64,000 nt of DNA from the NCBI RefSeq assembly GCF_009914755.1, contig NC_060928.1; one strand, 5' to 3'. The position numbers and the translations under genes are program-made. Numbering within the stretch: position 1 is the stretch's first letter; each line of letters begins with the position of its first letter. The stretch comes from the human T2T-CHM13v2.0 reference genome, Homo sapiens. Positions 59,059-64,000 of this stretch are shown here, one piece after another. The notes beneath the pieces were generated by a model. That model was not told the origin of the DNA. It saw only the letters and a program-made list of their open reading frames with translations, and ran no database searches.

Positions 59059-59481
59059 TGATGTGGTTTGGCTGTGTCCCCACTCAAATCTCATCTTGAA
59101 CTGTGGACGTGGTGCTTGGATGGGCAGGTGATGTGGTTTGGCTGTGTCCTCACCCAATCTCATCTTGAACTGTGGCTCCCACAATTCCCACATTGTGGAA
59201 GGGACCCGATGGGAGGTAACTGAATCATGTGGGCGGGTCTTTCCCATGCTGGTCTCACGAGAGTGAATAAGTCTCATGAGATCTGATGGTTTTATAGGAG
59301 CAGTTCCCTGCACACACTCTCTGCCTGCCACCATGTAAGATGTGCCTTTGCTCCTTCTTTGCCTTCCACCATGACTATGAGGCCTCCCCAGCCATGTGGG
59401 GCTGTGAGTCCATTTGACCTTTTTCCTTTATAAACTATCCTGTCTCAGTCGGGTATGTCAGCGTTAGAACAGACTAATACA
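59059..59481 (+). mobile_element. Solo MaLR LTR (THE1/MST family) with a duplicated 5' end
   Basis: TGATGTGGTTTGGCTGTGTCCCC...AGACTAATACA; TSD GCAGG. Confidence 0.85.
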
Positions 59482-60884
59482 GCAGGGAACCATTTTTTTC
59501 ACCAAAAAAGGCAAAATTTAGTAAAACATCCAGACAGTGGCACAAAGCTATTCTGTGGATAGAGCCGATGGATAGCACTGCCGAGGCAGAACTCCCACCT
59601 GTCCTCACAGCAGCGCAGGGCCTGAGGGATGATGCCTGAGGCTGCACAGCGGTGGGGGACTCAGCCCAAGGTTATGTCTTGGCCCTGAATCACAGCTGCA
59701 CCGTGAGTGGTGGAGGCAGCCCCCCACTGCCTGCAGCACAGCCCACGAGACACCACCGGGCAGGACAACTCACAGCAGGCGGTGGGGGGTGGGGGAAAGG
59801 CTTGGCTGCTGTACACCCACACGTGGGAGTGGCAGAGCCTGCAGAAAAGGTGCCGCCCACTTCTAGCCCAGGACGCGCATGAAGAGCTGAGGGCACTGCC
59901 CCTCCGTGGTCCTGCCCCCCTGCCAGTCTCTGCTGCTCCATTATGACCACACGGCTGGCCCTGGGCTTTCACAGTCTTGTTTCACACAGCTCGTGCCTTC
60001 ACACATCATCCCTCAGGCCCTGCGCTGCTGTTCCTGGGCTGAACGTGGGCTTTCATGCACTGCATGAGGACAGGCGGGAGTTCCGCCTCGGCAGTGCTGT
60101 CACCTCCATCCACGGAGTAAGCTTGTGCCACTGTCTGGATGTTTTACTAAATTGTGACTTTTCTGGTGACAATCACTGGAAAACAAAGAAAGGTGTGCTG
60201 AGGTGGGCCAGTGGCAAATCGAGGCGCAAGGGCTGCCCCTAGCGAATGTCTGGACAGAACCAGGTGCTGCAGGGTGGACCCTGGCCAAATGCAGGCTCAA
60301 CTGTGAAAAACAACAACAATAAAGAACAGGAAATGCTACAAGTATGGCTTCAAGTTTATGTCTAGAAAGGTGAAGTGATGGAAGAAATTGCAATTTTAAA
60401 ATCAGGGACCACTCATCAGCCCCCAGACAGAAGGGCCCGGGGCTGCCTGGAGAGAGGGTGAGGCAGTGGCGGGCAGCCCCGGGGCAATATTTCTTGGCAA
60501 AGTTTTCAAAGAAGTCCCCTAAGGAACACCACAGGCATGAGGACAGCCCCGGCCACGTTCCTTTGCAGGATCAGCTCCAGCAAGTCCACCTGCGAGAACC
60601 AAGGCGGCTGCTGCAGACTGAGCTGAGCCCTGCGAGGTAAACCGTGAGAACGGCAGCTGCGGTAAGAGAAGCGATTCCTACCGCCTGTATTTCACATGTA
60701 GCCTGCAGCTGGACGTGTGAAGCCCTCATGCGCATATCACATAGCACATACAGGGAATGCAGCACCAGTGCCATAATTCCATTCATGATTTTACGATTTG
60801 AAATTTCTGGGAATGAAACCAACTTAGAACATGCACGCTACTACAAGATTTTTGCATATCTGATTTCAGCACGAGTTTCTGGAG

Positions 60885-62364
60885 CACAGTCAGCTCCCGG
60901 AGGGGACAGTCAGTTCCCGGTAGAGTGGACAGTCAGCTCCCGGAGGGGAGAGTCAGCTCCCGGAGGGGAGCGTCAGCTCATAGAGGGGACAGTCAGCTCC
61001 CAGAAGGGTAGTCAGCTCCCAGAGGGGACAGTCAACTCCCGGAGGGGACAGTCAGCTCCCGGAGGGGAGAGTCAGCTCCCAGAAGGGATAGTCAGCTCAT
61101 AGAGGGGACAGTCAGCTCCCGGAGGGGACAGTCAGCTCCCGGAGGGGAAAGTCAGCTCCCGGAGGGGACAGTCAGCTCCCGGACGGGACAGTCAGCTCCC
61201 AGAGGGGATAGTCAGCTCATAGAGGGGACAGTCAGCTCCCGGAGGGGAAAGTCAGCTCCCAGAGGGGAGAGTCAGCTCATAGAGGGGACAGTCAGCTCCC
61301 AGCAGAGGGGACAGTCAGCTCCCGGCAGAGGGGACAGTCAGCTCCCAGAGGGGAAAAGTCAGCTCCCGGAGGGGACAGTCAACTCACAGAGGGGACAGCC
61401 AGCTCCCAGCAGAGGGGATAGTCAGCTCCTGGCAGAGGGGACAGTCAGCTCCCGGAGGGGACAGTCAGCTGCCGGAGGGGACAGTCAGCTCCAGGCAGAG
61501 GGGACAGTCAGCTCCCAGAGGCGAAAGTCAGCTCCCGGAGGGGACAGTCAACTCACAGAGGGGACAGCCAGCTCCCAGCAGAGGGGATAGTCAGCTCCTG
61601 GCAGAGGGGACAGTCAGCTCCCGGAGGGGACAGTCAGCTCCCAGAGGGGATAGTCAGCTCATAGAGGGGAAAGTCAGCTCCCAGAGGGGATAGTCAGCTC
61701 CCGGAGGGGACAGTCAGCTCCCAGAAGGGATAGTCAGCTCATAGAGGGGACAGTCAGCTCCCAGCAGAGGGGACAGTCAGCTCCCGGCAGAGGGGACAGT
61801 CAGCTCCCGGAGGGGAAAGTCAGCTCCCGGAAGGGACAGTCAGCTCCCGGAGGGGAAAGTCAGCTCCCGGAGGGGACAGTCAACTCACAGAGGGGACAGC
61901 CAGCTCCCAGCAGAGGGGACAGTCAGCTCCTGGCAGAGGGGACAGTCAGCTCCCGGAGGGGACACTCAGCTGCCAGAGGGGACAGTCAGCTCCCGGAGGG
62001 GACAGTCAGCTCCCAGAGGGGATAGTCAGCTCATAGAGGGGAAAGTCAGCTCCCAGAGGGGATAGTCAGCTCCCGGAGGGGACAGTCAGCTCCCAGAAGG
62101 GATAGTCAGCTCATAGAGGGGACAGTCAGCTCCCAGCAGAGGGGACAGTCAGCTCCCGGCAGAGGGGACAGTCAGCTCCCGGAGGGGAAAGTCAGCTCCC
62201 GGAGGGGACAGTCAACTCACAGAGGGGACAGCCAGCTCCCAGCAGAGGGGACAGTCAGCTCCTGGCAGAGGGGACAGTCAGCTCCTGGAGGGGACAGTCA
62301 GCTCCCGGCAGAGGGGACAGTCAGCTCCCGGAGGGGATAGTCAGCTCCCAGAGGGGACAGTCAA
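60885..62364. repeat. 20/23-bp minisatellite (AGTCAGCTCCCGGAGGGGAC)n, about 1.5 kb
   Basis: About 70 units with recurrent variant types. Confidence 0.95.
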
Positions 62365-63153
62365 TCCGGGACAGCCATGAATGCCATGACTTCCAGAAGG
62401 ACATGGGCACCCTCTGTCCAGCAGCCCAGGCATCCTGGCATCTGGAGGGCCCAGGGGAGGCGCCTGGGAGGCTGCTGTGAAGGCAGGGACGCCTCACCTG
62501 AAATAAAGTCTCTGTGTGCAGCCCGGCAGTGCCTCAGCTCCGCCTGCAGTGAAGGTGAGGATTCTCCTGCTTCACGTGGTGGTCGGCTGCTGTTAACTCG
62601 GTTAACTCGAGTGAGATAACAAAGTTCTTTGACACTTTTTAGGTAAATGCAAACTAAAAGATTAGAACTAACCCCATAAGCCTCTTTTCCAACCCTGTGT
62701 GGTCCCGGCTGGCGGGAGAGACCTGGGCTCTGAGACTCTCTGGGAGCCACGTGCACGGGGGCGTCTCCTGCAGGAGACCCCACCCTCCTGACGGATGAGG
62801 AGGCTCCACCCACGCAGGCCGCATCTGCAGGGTGAGCTCAGGCCCGGAATTCATCTCTGGACCTGACGGAGATTCACCCGCTGAAGCCGGCATCACAGGC
62901 CCGCTGTGAGTACTGTGTGACCAGAATGCGTAGTAATCACCTAACGCAGGATGTGGCGGCGCCGACCCACGCTGCGTGCGCACCCCACAGCAGCCCTGTC
63001 TCCCCCGCGAGCTGCAGCCGGAACCTTCTAACAGGAACTCAACAGGCAGGTGTTCGTTTTGCCTCCAGCATCAACATTTTAAGGAAGTTCCAAGTTAAGA
63101 GTAAAGTTGCAAACATATCACATGTATGCTCGTCCTGATAATCAGAAAAATAC

Positions 63154-63159
63154 TTTATT
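63154..63159 (-). terminator. AATAAA poly(A) signal for the minus-strand (RNF212-side) transcript
   Basis: TTTATT on the + strand, downstream of the minus-strand exons. Confidence 0.5.
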
Positions 63160-63722
63160 CCACTACATTACTTAATTATTTCAACAAGAGGGAAAGTACA
63201 GTCGCACTGGCTGTCTAACGTACACATGCTGGTGGGCACGAAGGCTGGAGGACTGGAAGGGGGCAGAGCGGGTGGCTGGGTGCTCATCTTTCAGGTGTCA
63301 CTGCCCCAAGGTGAGCAGGTCCCGCAGGAGGCATGGAAGTCGCGGTAAAAACACAACTTTGTCTTTGAAATGACTTCAAAACTTCACACTGTTGAGGAAA
63401 ATGAGGGTGCACATGTTACATACAAAAAATAAGGTGGGGAGAAGAGTTTATTCACTAAAATGTGTATTTTAAAAAATTCAGATGTCATCTTAGTATTTTC
63501 AGAGTATTATCAATATGTTTAAGTCATAATTTTGGAAATTCACAATGAATATAAAAGTGAACATTACTGCGTTTCTGAACAACTAAGGCAAAACTCAGAA
63601 ACACAACTCTTGAGAACATTTAGAGCTCCATGGCTGCCCTTGGCACACACTCAGTTAAAGAGCTTCTTTACACACGCACTTTCCCAAGAGCATTTTCTTC
63701 CTGAGGCTGGCTGAGCACTTGC

Positions 63723-63889
63723 CTAAACACTGCCTCTGCAGCAGGCTGGAGATGCTGATGGGCGGCCGGGGGGGCAGCCTGGCCTGGGAGCCCCCGAAGC
63801 TTGGAGAGTCCCCTCTTCCTGCTCTCCCTGGTAACTGTGGTGTTGGCGTTAGTGGGGGTCCCTTGTAGGGAATTTGCAGAGGTGGAATC
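63723..63889 (-). CDS. RNF212: Probable distal RNF212 coding exon (Pro-rich C-terminal segment)
   Basis: Minus-strand acceptor TTTATTAG|G at 63889 and donor TTAG|GCAAGT at 63723. It encodes IPPLQIPYKGPPLTPTPQLPG...PPRPPISISSLLQRQCL, which resembles the mouse Rnf212 C-terminus as I recall it. RNF212 is the known minus-strand neighbour of FGFRL1. Confidence 0.6.
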
Positions 63890-64000
63890 CTAATAAATTC
63901 AAGAAACACAACATCATGAATGCTCGGAGCATCTCTGGTGACACGACAGTTACAGCACTGGCCGTTTTGTGGTTTTAAAGGCCTGGATTCAAAGGCATCT

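Noticed and set aside
60885-62364. CRISPR-like regular repeats
   Set aside because: No unique spacers and a eukaryotic context; this is a minisatellite.
62654-63029. Minus-strand 109-aa ORF with a possible acceptor near 63028
   Set aside because: It lies beyond the AATAAA at 63154, has no recognisable homology and has no other support.

Overview
Human (or near-identical great-ape) genomic DNA from chromosome 4p16.3. It is GC-rich, with Alus, MaLR LTRs and many minisatellites. The + strand carries the distal part of IDUA intron 2, IDUA exons 3-14 (alpha-L-iduronidase, stop at 10440) and the complete FGFRL1 gene (non-coding exon 1 ending at 18000; 504-codon CDS in six exons, 18532-31392). About 30 kb of intergenic sequence follows, with large VNTRs. 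The far end holds minus-strand exon(s) that look like the distal C-terminal end of RNF212. Almost all ORFs in the supplied track are artefacts of GC-rich or repetitive DNA. The most interesting signals are: a probable ancestral RNF212 C-terminal exon pair with a GC donor and an apparently dead (CGG) acceptor; a 3'UTR tandem repeat in FGFRL1 forming a dense miR-210 plus miR-103/107 seed array; a 128-bp inverted repeat; overlapping FGFRL1 uORFs; a coding (CA)10 frameshift switch; and splice-site decoys in IDUA. Gene identities and cross-species comparisons come from recognition and memory, not database searches.
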